From Takakia lepidozioides (taxonomy: Eukaryota; Plantae; Bryophyta), in the NCBI GenBank assembly GCA_030704615.1, contig CM060734.1, positions 58,590,001 through 58,654,000 of the forward strand: 64,000 nt of DNA, written 5' to 3'. Position 1 is the stretch's first letter. Each line of letters opens with the position of its first letter. Shown piece by piece: positions 1 through 11,344 of the stretch. Below the pieces are notes generated by a model, which was not told the DNA's origin, did not search any database, and worked only from the letters and a program-made list of their open reading frames with translations. A program made the position numbers and the translations under genes.

Positions 1-1661
1 TCCAAACATGAACACAGCTTCATTGAGGGAAGACCCAGCATGGAGGAAGGCCACTATCGCTTCAAGGCCAAATGACAATGGTTTTCCTAAGATTGTAGTG
101 ATGATGCCAGCGGATAAGATCCTACCAGATTTTATCAGGCTGCCAATGGACAATCAAGGAAATTACTTTTCGGTCAGCACAGCCTTTTAAAAATAGTCCT
201 CCACCAGCATTTTATGTCCAAGCTAGAACTGGCCAAGATCCAAATTACCAGGCTTGAGACTTTGATGTCAGGCAAATCTCTAACTCCTCCCCTACCAAGA
301 GAAGGAAAGCGCTACAGGATCCGATGCTAATTGAGGCAAACATTGCCCCCTGCTTTAGGCTTCCATTCACCAACGGGTCTTCAGCAAAACTTCCAGACGA
401 CTCAGGCACCAAAGGCAACTCAGGCTCGTCATCTTCTAACATCCTCTTGCAGCACGCCCCACCATCTGCTCCTTTGCCAACGTCAAGTCTGATCTCTTGG
501 GAAATGGAAATGGCAGAATTACACGGCAAGCATGTCACCGCGGGCAACATTCTTCAGGGATTGCCAAGCTAGCAGGCCCCTCAGCAGGTCCCTCGGCAGT
601 TGTTACGCCACTCACCAATAGTGCACAACCCGCTCACGGCAAGCACCTGTGCAAGGCTATGCTCCTTTCCACTACTGCCCCTCAAAGGCTGCTCCCAGCT
701 GGCCTTAAGAAGTCATCCCGCCATCTAGAACCCGGTGGCTACCTGCCTCACGCCATTGATCTTTCGCAAACATCCACACCCGGCATTCTTGGTGACAGGC
801 AAAGACAACATGAACTTCAACTCCATATGGATCTCAGTACGGGATGTTCAATCCTTTTCATCTCCAAGAGCCCTATGGACAACAGCCCAATTCCTACTTT
901 ATGCAACAAGATTAATGACTACTTCCACGCTAACCTCCCATTATACTCTCTCCCATCCACGTCGGCTGTCATCTGGGGAGCATACTCCGAGGCTTTTCCA
1001 GGCCTTTGTGATGACCTCACCCCTAACACTCACATTCTGGCTATCATGGATGAAGACTCGCTTCTGGCTTCCACCAGTACAACTCTGCCAGGAGTTTGGG
1101 CTCAGGAAGATCACTACCAAGGCCCATATACTCAAAGCAAATCCCTGATCAGATCCAATGACACCTTACAGAATGCCTTCATAGTTTTGCATGCCATCTC
1201 CGAAGCAGGAAAAGAGGGAAAGAAGGGAGCAAGGAAGAAGCATTGCCCAGCAGGCCTCATCAATCACTCCTTCGACCCCTTTGGAGAAATTTCAAACCCC
1301 AGCTCCTCGGAACTGCAAGTCTCGCAATTACAAACCCAACAAGCGCCGCATTTGTCCCAGCGTCATAGCGATCTTGCAGGTCACAACACTCTTCTACCTT
1401 CCCCAACACTTGCTCCGGCGGCATCCCTCCAGCTCTCTGTGAGTCCCCTATCCCCCTCTTGGTCCATTCCTATTTTGTTCTTCCATGACAATCCCAAACT
1501 CAGTAGCAAATGCAAAATCCTATGCCTCCGTCCAATCCTTTCTCTCCCATCCTCTTGGAAAATCCTACCCTCCATAACCTACCCACCCTCGCAAGATGAC
1601 TTTGCTCGAATACTAGGTCCTAGCAACCTACCTCTCCAGTCTCTTGTGTCCATTAAGACAT
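1..1661 (+). mobile_element. LINE (L1-like) ORF1 region, 5' part, degenerate; interrupted at 1661 by the Gypsy insertion
   Basis: ORF 497-1661 (...LQSLVSIKT) continues in frame at 63007 (SLLNTGRFIPLN...) once the insertion and one ACAT copy are removed. It lies upstream of an APE-endonuclease ORF2 starting at 63238. Confidence 0.7.
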
Positions 1662-1750
1662 TGTCGTGCGCGTACGTATCGCTACACAACTACATCGTTG
1701 TCCAAACCACACCACACATATATGCACAATAAAGTAGTCTGCCACAATCG
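1662..1750 (-). repeat. Terminal repeat segment Y, copy 2 (89 bp; forms the element's 3' terminus)
   Basis: Matches 2109-2197 with 4 mismatches counted by eye. Confidence 0.95.
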
Positions 1751-2106
1751 ATTGAAAACTGAAAACACACTGTTGACACAAGAAACATGAAAACCAACAG
1801 CATCACTCATCACTCTTTAAAATAGAAGTCGAGCCAGGGGCACCCCAAGCTATGGGGACTCCACCCCACAACAACCTATCCTCCCTTCATAAGCACACTC
1901 AGCTTCTAAAGCGTGAAGGAGCTCGGTCGCGCAGGCTCAACTCGAGAGAGATGAGCTGCGCGACTGACACTCTCGTGAAGATAAGACGGTTCAGGTGTCA
2001 AACTAAACTTGACACCTGATTTAACACTTGACCTAAATCCAAGTGTTAAATACAAATAACTAGCTTTATTCTAGTTAGTTTCACACTGTGCTTATTTAAC
2101 TTGACA
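1751..2106 (-). repeat. Terminal repeat segment X, 3' copy (356 bp)
   Basis: Matches 62647-63002 with about 4 mismatches counted by eye. Confidence 0.95.
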
Positions 2107-2108
2107 GC

Positions 2109-2197
2109 TGTCGTGCACATACGTATCGCTACACAACTACATCGCTGTCCAAACCACACCACATATATATGCACAATAAAGTAGTCTGCCACAATCG
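2109..2197 (-). repeat. Terminal repeat segment Y, copy 1 (directly after the PPT)
   Basis: Direct repeat of 1662-1750; separated from X by the dinucleotide GC within the palindrome GACAGCTGTC. Confidence 0.95.
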
Positions 2198-2205
2198 CCC
2201 CCCTA
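2198..2205 (-). promoter_or_regulatory. Putative polypurine tract of the outer Gypsy
   Basis: Minus strand reads TAGGGGGG immediately before Y copy 1, downstream of the integrase stop. Confidence 0.65.
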
Positions 2206-2453
2206 GCTGGTGGATAGGTCCCTCTAACTCCAGATAGCTACAAGATGTAATAGCCACAGCTGTACTAAGTCCTCTATCACTGGCCCTATTGTACTCAAAC
2301 TCTGTAGACCAAGAGGCCGGGTACAAGAGTAGCCCCATCGTTAGTCGCCGTCTTGCAATCTGTGTACTTGAGCCAGGATCTCGTGTGTTCAAGGTCTCCT
2401 AGTAGCTTGGCCTTGCATTTCTTGTTAGCCTCCCATGGTTGTATCCACTTCCA

Positions 2454-5100
2454 CTATCCAATGCATTGTGGACATAACCAATCCCCATCCGGAACCATCT
2501 CAAGAGGTGGAGTCAAGCATCCCATATGCCAACCTCTAGAGCATCGATCACACACCAGCATGGTGGCTGCCCCTTTAGCAGACCCACACAACATGCACCT
2601 CAAACTTGCAGATACCACTGCCAGGTTTGGGTCAATCCTGCCATCGACATTTGGAAGGTGACATGGCACACAATTACGCACATGGTTCTTCCAAGTTATG
2701 CCATCCCGACCCTCCAAGACCAAGACGCCTGAGGGCAAGACCTCTCGAACCCTCAAAATAACACGTCCTGCAGTCACATCCAAGGTCGTAGGAGCAGTCT
2801 GCTGCAGGTAGACATAGTCACCAGGGTTGAATCTCCAAACCCCAGGACAATAGCCCCCACCACGTATGGTAGCATACCTCAACGTATCACGGTGTTGTGC
2901 AATGGCAAGGTTCTCGAAAGCCATGGGCATGACTTTCTTGAACAACTCTGCACGCTGCTCACATGCACGTGCCCATACGTCCGGATCGTCAAGGTTAAGA
3001 ACTGTAGCAGCTTCCCTGCGAATGGATGTAGGCAAATCCGGCTCTCGGCCAAAGAGAAGAAAGTATGGTGAGAAGGAGACAAGTGATGTTTGCTTGTTGA
3101 ACCTGTAGCCCATGGCTAACCAGGATAACTGAAGGTCCCAATCTCCTAGGTGTCCCTTCTACAAGCCATACTTGCGCAAACCCCTCTTTACTGTCTGAAC
3201 AACTCTCTCTGCCAAGCCATCGGCCTCAGGATGATCCCAAGAAGTGGTGCGGTGGTCTATCAAGGCCTTGTCACACAAAGCCTGAAACTCCCCCAAGAAC
3301 TCTCTCCCTTGGTCCGTGAGTACCTCAGCTGGAGCACCGAATCGGCTAAGCATACAATCCAAGAATGCTTACGCAGCTCCATCACTAGCCTTATCAGGCA
3401 AGGGAACCAACTCAATCCACTTGGAGAAGTGCTCCACCATCACCAACACGTACTTGTTGTGGCGCATGGTCAGTGGCAACGGCCCTGTGAAGTCAAGACT
3501 CCACCTGTAGCCCCATCCATGATCAGAAGAGGGTGCAATTGTGGAGTAGGGGCGTTGAATGAAGCACGCACCCTGTCACACACCATGCACCTAGCCACAA
3601 ATTGTTGCATCTTTGTGTGCATACCACGCCACCAACACTGCCCCTGCAGTAGACTATGAGTGCGTCGCACCCCAAAATGCCCTAACTCCTCATGGGCATG
3701 CCGCACTAACCGTGCCCGCTGTGTTGGGTGAGGCACAATCCTCACTCGACCATCCTCCCACACTCGGAGCAAGTGTGTCCCCTCCCACTTGAACCTCTTG
3801 GCTCGTTGTAGGATCCGATCCCTCTCCTTGGCAGTCACAGTGGCTGTAGTGTCTCCAGTGCGGAGGTAGTCCAACACAACTGAATCCTCATGTATATCTT
3901 TGGCGCCACCTTGCTCATTGTTGGCCTCAGGGTCCTCAGACACTTGATCTACAGTCATCCCTGTTGCAGGTCCAACCTGGCCTTCCGCTGCCAAGATACA
4001 CAGAAATGCAGAGGCATGCCATCCGGGCACCATCTCCTCGTCCGTCTCACAATGCCACCGAGCTCCAGTGTCATCATGTTGGCTCGTGCATGGATTGCAA
4101 CTCAACCCATCTGCATTGCGATTAACCAAACCCGGTCGATGCACCACCTGAAAGTCATACTCTTGAAGGATGAGTGCCCACCGTGCAAGCTTCCCCGTAA
4201 GCTTGTCTGACTCCATCAACCACTTGAGTGGTTGGTGATCCGTGACAAGGGTGAAGAGATTGCCGTATAGATAGCACCTGAAGTGTGCCACGGCCCACAC
4301 TGCAGCTAAGCATGCTCCCTCATATGAGCTATACTTAGACTCTGCAACGTTGTTCGAGCGGCTAGCATAAGCCACTACGAACTCTCTTCCCTCATCATCC
4401 ACCTGTGTGAGCACCGCTCCAAGCCCCAACATGCTCCAATCTGTATGCAGCTGAAAAGGACGCCCCCTGATAGGTCGTCTCAAGATGGGCGCCGAAATGA
4501 TAAGAACCGCCACTGGTATAGGCAATCTCGTGCTCATTGATCCCCCAGAATGCCGTCTTTTGCTTATCCGCCTTCTTGATCGGCAACTGGTGATATCTGG
4601 ATCGTAAATCCAACGTGCTAAAGACCTTGGCATGCCCAATGGCATCAAAGATCTCCTCTGGTGTCGGCATGGCATACCTATCGGACTTGGTCTGACGATT
4701 TACAGGCCGGTAATCACCGCACATACGTCTCTCCGTCCAATTGCCATAGACATCCTTCTTGGCTGGCATCACTGTGGCTGAAGCATACTCTCCCCCAGAT
4801 AGCTCCACCAAACCAGCCTCCCAAAGGTCCTGAGTTCTCATCTGAATCAAGGACCTCTCCATGTCACTGTATCTATAGGGTCTCCGAAAGATTGGCGTGT
4901 CAGTAGCCAATTCAATGCGAATCTCTTGACCCTTCAGTGCTCCTAAGTCCTTCAAATTGAAGGCAAAGCAATTCCTGTAAGCCCTAAGGAACCACCGTAT
5001 ACGTTGTCTCTCTCCTCTGGTGACAATGGGTCCAATGTCAGGCTCCCAATTATCCTCCGTAACTGCAACCTTAAGTCCAGTGGGCTTAGAGGTAGAGGAC
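2454..5100 (-). pseudogene. Gypsy pol (RT, RNase H, integrase, C-terminal PHD finger), with frameshifts and an RT deletion
   Basis: RT motifs RMCGDYRPVN and FSTLDLRSRYHQ, with the YxDD region missing; RNase H LHTDWS...YASRS...TDHQPL; INT HHCC (HEELGH...CMVC), LTDQG...AER; PHD CMLC...CDRC...HMGC...CPQC. Confidence 0.9.
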
Positions 5101-5362
5101 GCGTCCCGTGGTTGCTATGCCGCAACCACTTGAGCAGTACTCCCTGCCTGCTCAGTCAATGACAAGGCCTCATCCTGCCCATCATCTCATCCTTGAGGAC
5201 CTCATCAACCCGAGAAGAATCCCCAACCTCATCCGTCACAACTGCCTTGGCTGCCAACTCCCTCTGAACCTGAGCAGTGTAGGTAATGCTGCTCGTGGTT
5301 GACCCCTGTTGACCCCTGCCAAAGGCAAATGGTCATCGTGTCTCACACGTTGAGACTGCCTC

Positions 5363-5817
5363 TGTCGCGGCCCTTTGCCTTGAGGGCAGGGGGTCGGGAC
5401 ACATGAGGGGCTACCCCTGTGGTGGGGGCAGCGGCAGCGATAGGTACGGGGGGGCTGAAGCACCCTTGAGTGCCCAAGGCACTCAAGGGGGCGGAGGGTG
5501 GAGCGGCCTATGGCGGATAGAAGGCAACCTTTGATGGAGTGTGTTTCAATTGTGGGGAGCCCGGGCACATGGCCAAGAAGTGCACGAAGCCCCGGCAATT
5601 GAACATGACTCGGGCAACCACAGAGCTGTCGGAAGATACCATCAGTCGCTTGGTGGAAGCGGTGGTCGCCAGGACTTGCAAGGTAGGCAAATATTCTTGT
5701 GAGTTGTATCAGGAAACTGGCGCATTGCGTAAAGGGAGTCACTTATTGTTCGTGGATGGGATAATATCCGGAACTAACGTGTCATTGTTGGTGGACACAG
5801 GAGCGTCGCACTCCTTC
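5363..5817 (+). mobile_element. Internally deleted copy of the nested Gypsy: LTR start fused to a gag-knuckle/protease fragment
   Basis: 5363-5497 matches LTR 5818-5950; 5496-5817 matches about 7573-7894 ([25 protein letters not shown]). Confidence 0.85.
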
Positions 5818-6543
5818 TGTCGCGGCCCTTTGCCTTGAGGACAGGGGGGTCGGGACACAAGAGGGGCTGCCCCTGTGGTGGGGGCAGTAGCAGCGATAGG
5901 TACGGGGGCTGAAGCACCCTTGAGTGCCCAAGGCACTCAAGGAGGCGGAGGCGCTCACTAGGTGGAGCCCCGCACACCGGGTTGCGGTGGGGGTGGCTCC
6001 ACAAGGGGTGGTGGTAGCTTAGCGGGACTTAGTGGGGGTGGCATAGGACTCACCATGGGGTGGAGACCTCGAGGTGGGAGTCGTGGGGAGTCTTGGGACT
6101 CATCACGGTCCATTTGGGCCGCGGTGAGTGGGCCAAGACTCACCGCGACTCACCACCGGGAATCGAGGGTCTTCGTGGTGGTTCGCCATAAAATGGCATG
6201 GCTGGTTGTGAAACCCCCGCGGACAGCTACAGAAGTATATATAGGGAGTAGTAACCCCGAGAACGGTGCAAGCCCGTTGGTGACCAAAAACTAGTGAGTA
6301 AGCGAGCGAGCCGGAAAGCGACCAAAGAGTGGGGAGCTGTTCCGGACTGCCAACTACCAAAGGGAATTCCTGCTGGTTCCAAATCAGTGGAGGGTTCTTT
6401 GGGAGAACAAAGGGGGACCGTTATGCCCCGGTGAGCAGCCGAAGCTCCAAGTTGGCCCGGCGGCCGGTTGGGAGTCAGGCGCGTGCATCAAAGCGAGTAA
6501 CTATGACTTGAGGGGGGAGCTTACTGAAGTGAGGTGCGCGACA
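5818..6543 (+). repeat. 5' LTR of the nested chromovirus-type Gypsy
   Basis: TGTCGCG...CGCGACA termini, followed by a PBS. Confidence 0.85.
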
Positions 6544-6545
6544 CT

Positions 6546-6557
6546 TGGTATCAGAGC
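6546..6557 (+). promoter_or_regulatory. Primer binding site, tRNA-iMet type
   Basis: TGGTATCAGAGC two bases after the LTR end. Confidence 0.9.
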
Positions 6558-6599
6558 TTAGAGTTCAGTACGCGATCGTCCTTGGGATTGGCCTCATCC

Positions 6600-9500
6600 T
6601 GGGGTCGGGCAAGCCGAAGCGAAAGCGGAACGGCCCAAAAGATGATGATCCCGGTGAGCCCGATGGGGGCAACGTGTCATCGAGGCGGCCGTTTGAGGAA
6701 GCGATGCATATTTCCGAAAACGAGGCCGCCCAAGAGCGGGAGGAATCCGAGGAGTCGGAGCCCGAGGAATCCGTGAGAGCTCCAACCGACCAACAGATGC
6801 CTCCCATGCCGGCAGCCTTTTAGGAAGGGTTGTTGGCGCAGTTTGGTGGGACGTTGAAAGACGTGTTGAAGGCGGCTAATGCCACTTCCACTAAGGCAAA
6901 GTTTAAGGTGAAGCCTAAGGAACCCGGCACCTTCGAGGGCGTCCGAAATCGGAAGGCACTCAACACCTGGCTCTTGGAGCTGGAGCAGTACTTCCGGGCG
7001 GCCAAGTTGAGTGACGAGGATCGCGTGGAAGTGGCTCCCACCTATTTGAGGGGCTATGCTCAACAATGGTGGCAAAAACGCCTTCACGACCGAGGTCCAA
7101 GTTCGGAAACCTTGAACTGGAGTGGGTTCAAGGAATTGATGAAGAGACAGTTTGTGCCCCTCAACGCGTCCTGGCTTGCCCGGGACAAGATGAGGAATTT
7201 GAAGCAAACAGATGACATTCGAGGGTATGTCCAGGCTTTCAATGTGTTGTTGCTCGAAGTCGCGGACATGGCAAAACCAGAAATGGTCTTCAACTTTGTG
7301 GCGGGACTGGCCCCATGGGCCAGGCGGAAGTTGGAGGAGAAGCCACCCAAGACTTTGAACGAGGCAATTGAGAGGGCTGAATGTTTCTCGGATGTCCCTA
7401 AGGGTGAGAGACAAGGCCGTACGGAGCTGAACCACAAGAAGACCCGGCGGGAAGGTGACTCCTTCCGACCGGAAAAGAAGTGGGATAGGCCACGCGGCGA
7501 TAATGGCACGTGGAAATCGAAGGGAGGGCCTTCACACGTCAAGGCGGCACCCGGTGCTTTGAAAGGAAAAGCGGGTGGAACGGCTTATGGCGGACAGAAG
7601 GCGACCTTTGATGGAGTGTGTTTCAATTGCGGGGAGCCCGGGCACATGGCCAAGAAGTGCACAAAGCCCCGGCAATTGAACATGACTCGGGCGACCACGG
7701 AGCTGTCGGAAGATACCATCAGTCGCTTGGTGGAAGCGGTGGTCGCCAGGACTTGCAAGGTAGGCAAATTTTCTTGTGAGTTGTATCAGGAAACTGGCGC
7801 CTTACGAAAAGGGAGTCAGTTATTGTTCGTGGATGGGATAATATCCGGAACTAATGTGTCGTTGTTGGTGGACACAGGAGCGTCGCACTCCTTCATGACA
7901 CCGGCAACGGCACAAAAGCTGGGACTCCCGACAAGTGACGTGGGGGCCTCTATTGAGGTGCATTCTGCCAAAGGAGAACCACAGTTGGCGACAAGGTTGG
8001 CGTTTGATGTTCCTCTTCAACTGGGGAGTTGGGAGGGACGTGAGAACTTCACCATCTGCGAGATCGATGGAGTAGATCTCATTTTGGGGATGACCTTTTT
8101 GAGCAAATCCGGAGCGGTAATAGATGGCCGCAAGAGAGTAGTCACGCTGCCATGTGGGAATGATGGCGAGGTCTTACGAGTGTCGGAAACGCCCAAATCC
8201 GTGGGAGGGCGAATAAACCTTCTGTCAGCAAGAGAGTGGGCCGTGGAGGAGGCACACGAACCCCAGTTTTTGCTTTACATTAGAGAAGTGAAGGGAGAAG
8301 GCGATGGGGAGCCGAGCCCAGATTGGATCAAGGGGATTTTGGAGAAATACCAAGATGTGATGCCAGAGGATTTACCAAGCGGCTTGCCACCGCGAAGAGG
8401 AGTTGACCACAAGATTGAGGTGATACCGGGATCGGAACCGCCTGCCAAGGCGCCCTACCGGTTGAGCCACAGAGAGTTGGTCGAGCTGAAGACTCAGCTC
8501 AAGGATCTAATGTCAAAGGGGTACATCTGGCCGAGTAAGTCACCTTACGGAGCCCCGGTGTTATTTGCAGACAAGAAGGATGGGACGCTGCGGATGTGTG
8601 TCGATTACAGGGCTCTGAATAAGGTGACTATCAAAAACCGGTACCCTTTGCCAAGGATCGACGACCTCTTCGATCGGTTGGCAAGAGCGAAGTATTTCAG
8701 CCGGATCGACTTGCGCTCCGGCTATCACAAAATTTGGGTGGCGGAAGGAGATGAAGAGAAGACCGCGTGCAGGACAAGGTATGGTTCATATGAGTTCTTG
8801 GTGATGCCTTTTGGGCTCACCAATGCACCAGCGACATTTAGCACGCTGATGAACAGCCTTTTTCAGGAGTGGTTGGATGACTTTTGTGATCATGTACATC
8901 GACGACATCTTGGTGTACTCGAAAACAAAGGAGGAGCACCTGGAGCACCTCAAAAGGGTGTTCCAAAAATTGCGAGAAGGGAAGCTGTATGCCAAAGCTT
9001 CAAAGTGTGAATTCGGGGTCACGAAAGTGGAGTTCTTGGGGCATGTGATTACACAGGATGGGATCAAAATGGATGACAGAAAGGTGAGGGCGATCTTGGA
9101 CTGGGAGCCTCCGACTTCGGTCCCGGGAGTGCGTTCCTTCCCAGGACTCGCCTCCTATTACTGGAAGTATGTGAGAAATTTCGCCAAGACTGCGGGGCCG
9201 CTGTCGGACCTTCTGTGTAAATCTAAAGTCTGGGCATGGAACACCTTTTGTGGCCAAGCTTTTGCTGAATTGAAGCAGCGGATGGCGGAAGCTCCAGTCT
9301 GGAAAATCCCGGAGTTCGATCGTCCGTTCGAGATACATACAGATGCGTCGGACTTCGCGATTGGGGGTGTACTGATGCAAGATGGACGTCCAGTGGCTTA
9401 CGAAAGTAAGAAACTGAATGAAGTGGAGCGACGGTGGCCGACGCACGAGAAAGAGATGAAGGCGGTGGTGCACTGTCTTGAGCTCTGGCGCCACTATGTT

Positions 9501-10305
9501 GGTTCCAACCCAGTGAAGGTGTTCACGGACAATGTCACGGTGAAGTATTTTGCCACGCAGCCCAAGTTGTCCCCAAAACAACTTAGGTGGCAAGATACTT
9601 TGGCGGTGTTCGACGTGGATATCCAGTACAAACCGGGACGAGACAACGTGGTGGCCGATGCTTTAAGTAGAAAGCAACAGCTCTTGTTGGTGTACAAGGG
9701 CGAGACGGCGCTCCAAAGGAAGATCCGAAAGGCTTGCCGGAAGGATGAGCTGGCGAAGTCCGTGATGCAGGACTTGAGGATGGGGGTTAAATCACAGTTC
9801 CACTTGCAAAATGGACTGCTCCGGTATAAGCAAAAACGTCTCTACGTGCCGAAGGGAGGGATCAGAGATAGTCTCTTGAGAGAATGCCATGATAGCCTGC
9901 TTGCGGACCACGGCGGAGCTAAGCGCACCGCGGCACTCTTGAAGAAAGAGTATTTCTGGCCCAAACTCGGGGAGGAGGCAGAGGAGTATGTCAAGACATG
10001 CACGACATGCCAACAAAACCGGAGCGAGTACAAAAAGCAAGCGGGGCTGTTACAACCCTTGCCGATTCCAGAGGGGACTTGGGAAAGCGTCTCGATGGAT
10101 TTCATGACCGCTATGCCGCTGTCAAAAGGATTTGATGCAGTCATGGTGGTGGTGGATAGGTTCAGTAAAATGGGCCATTTCATCCCCACCAAGGAGACGG
10201 CAACGGCGCAGGAGACAGGGCAACTTTACTTCGCCCACGTCTTAAAGCATCATGGAGTCCCGAAGGATATTGTCTCGGACCGCGATCCAAAGTTTACGAG
10301 TAATT
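6600..10305 (+). pseudogene. gag-pol of the nested chromovirus-type Ty3/Gypsy, truncated within integrase
   Basis: Gag, CCHC knuckle, protease [19 protein letters not shown] and YIDDIL, RNase H HTDASD, INT HHCC and DIVSDRD. Stop at 6821-6823, frameshift near 8880, homology ends at DPKFTS, no 3' LTR. Confidence 0.92.
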
Positions 10306-11089
10306 CCCAGGTGACTTGGCTACTCCCTCCGAAGCCTTTGGATCCTTGTCTTTCACCTTGCGACCCCCTTCTTGTCTTTTTGTGGAGTTGCCTGCACATT
10401 TGGCTCCTTGGCGGCCAATGAAGCTATGTTCCTCTGGTACTCTTCGTCGTTCAAAGGTGCCAGCATCTCCGCAGGGTTGTTCAAATACTTCATTTGCTGC
10501 TGCTCTTGAAATGTCGTGTGCTCTGGAGGGCAGTCGAGGTACCATCCACAGTCCTTGAAGTGGGCAAGACTCCAGTCCCTCAAGATACCAGCTGTGTACA
10601 TGGTGGGATCGTTGACAGGGTCGGACCACATGTCTAGGTAATCTGGGATTCCACTCAGGTGTTTTCCTTCCATCAGCACATATTTAGTGTACATGCGGAG
10701 GCTCAAACAAACACCACCCCCAAAACAAGATATCAAAAAGCAGAAAAAAGTAATGATCGGTGGCGATCATCACTTTCACATGAGAGAGAATGCAACATGG
10801 GTTGACAAATCCTTATGATTATCTAGACTGCACAATTGTGAAATGTGATGATTGGCACCGACCATCACTTCATTCATAGAAACAAACTGCCTATGATAAC
10901 AGAGGTAGGATTAAGATCTGCAGTATTCATTTGTTTGACTGGAGAAGATCAGAGTAGTGGAAGTGATGATCGGTACCAACCATCACCAAACTGCTGTGTA
11001 GCAGAAAAGAAATATTAAACTTTTCTCAATGAGGCATGACAACATTTCAAAGAATGTGATGGATAGGCTTTAGGTACTGCACCTGTACA

Positions 11090-11344
11090 CAACGCCCACT
11101 CCCCTCCAACTTGATTGTCGAAATCGTTCGACCTCAATATGTTAAGCGCAAAACAACCTTTGATTCTGGCTTGTGTGCCACATATTGGCAAGACTCTGTA
11201 TGGGGCAAGGGAGATACACGACCTGCTATGAGCAAACTTGAGTACATTGGAGAGCTTGAGAGCATACTCCAACTTCAGTATACAAGGTACCGGCCTCTTC
11301 TCTTCAAGGGAAAGTGGTTCCAGCCACATCTTTATGGGCCCTCC
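11090..11344 (+). pseudogene. CACTA TnpD transposase C-terminal (DUF4216-like) fragment, part 1
   Basis: TTFDSGLCAT...YIGELESILQLQY...LLFKGKWF; continues in frame at 24108. Confidence 0.75.

Noticed and set aside
1662-2106. Reading 1662-2106 as one ordinary TG...CA LTR
   Set aside because: The other end lacks the Y part, the PBS abuts X directly, and a second Y lies between the PPT and X.
10753-10986. CRISPR-like array
   Set aside because: Only three degenerate repeats with long unequal spacers, eukaryotic context and no cas genes.
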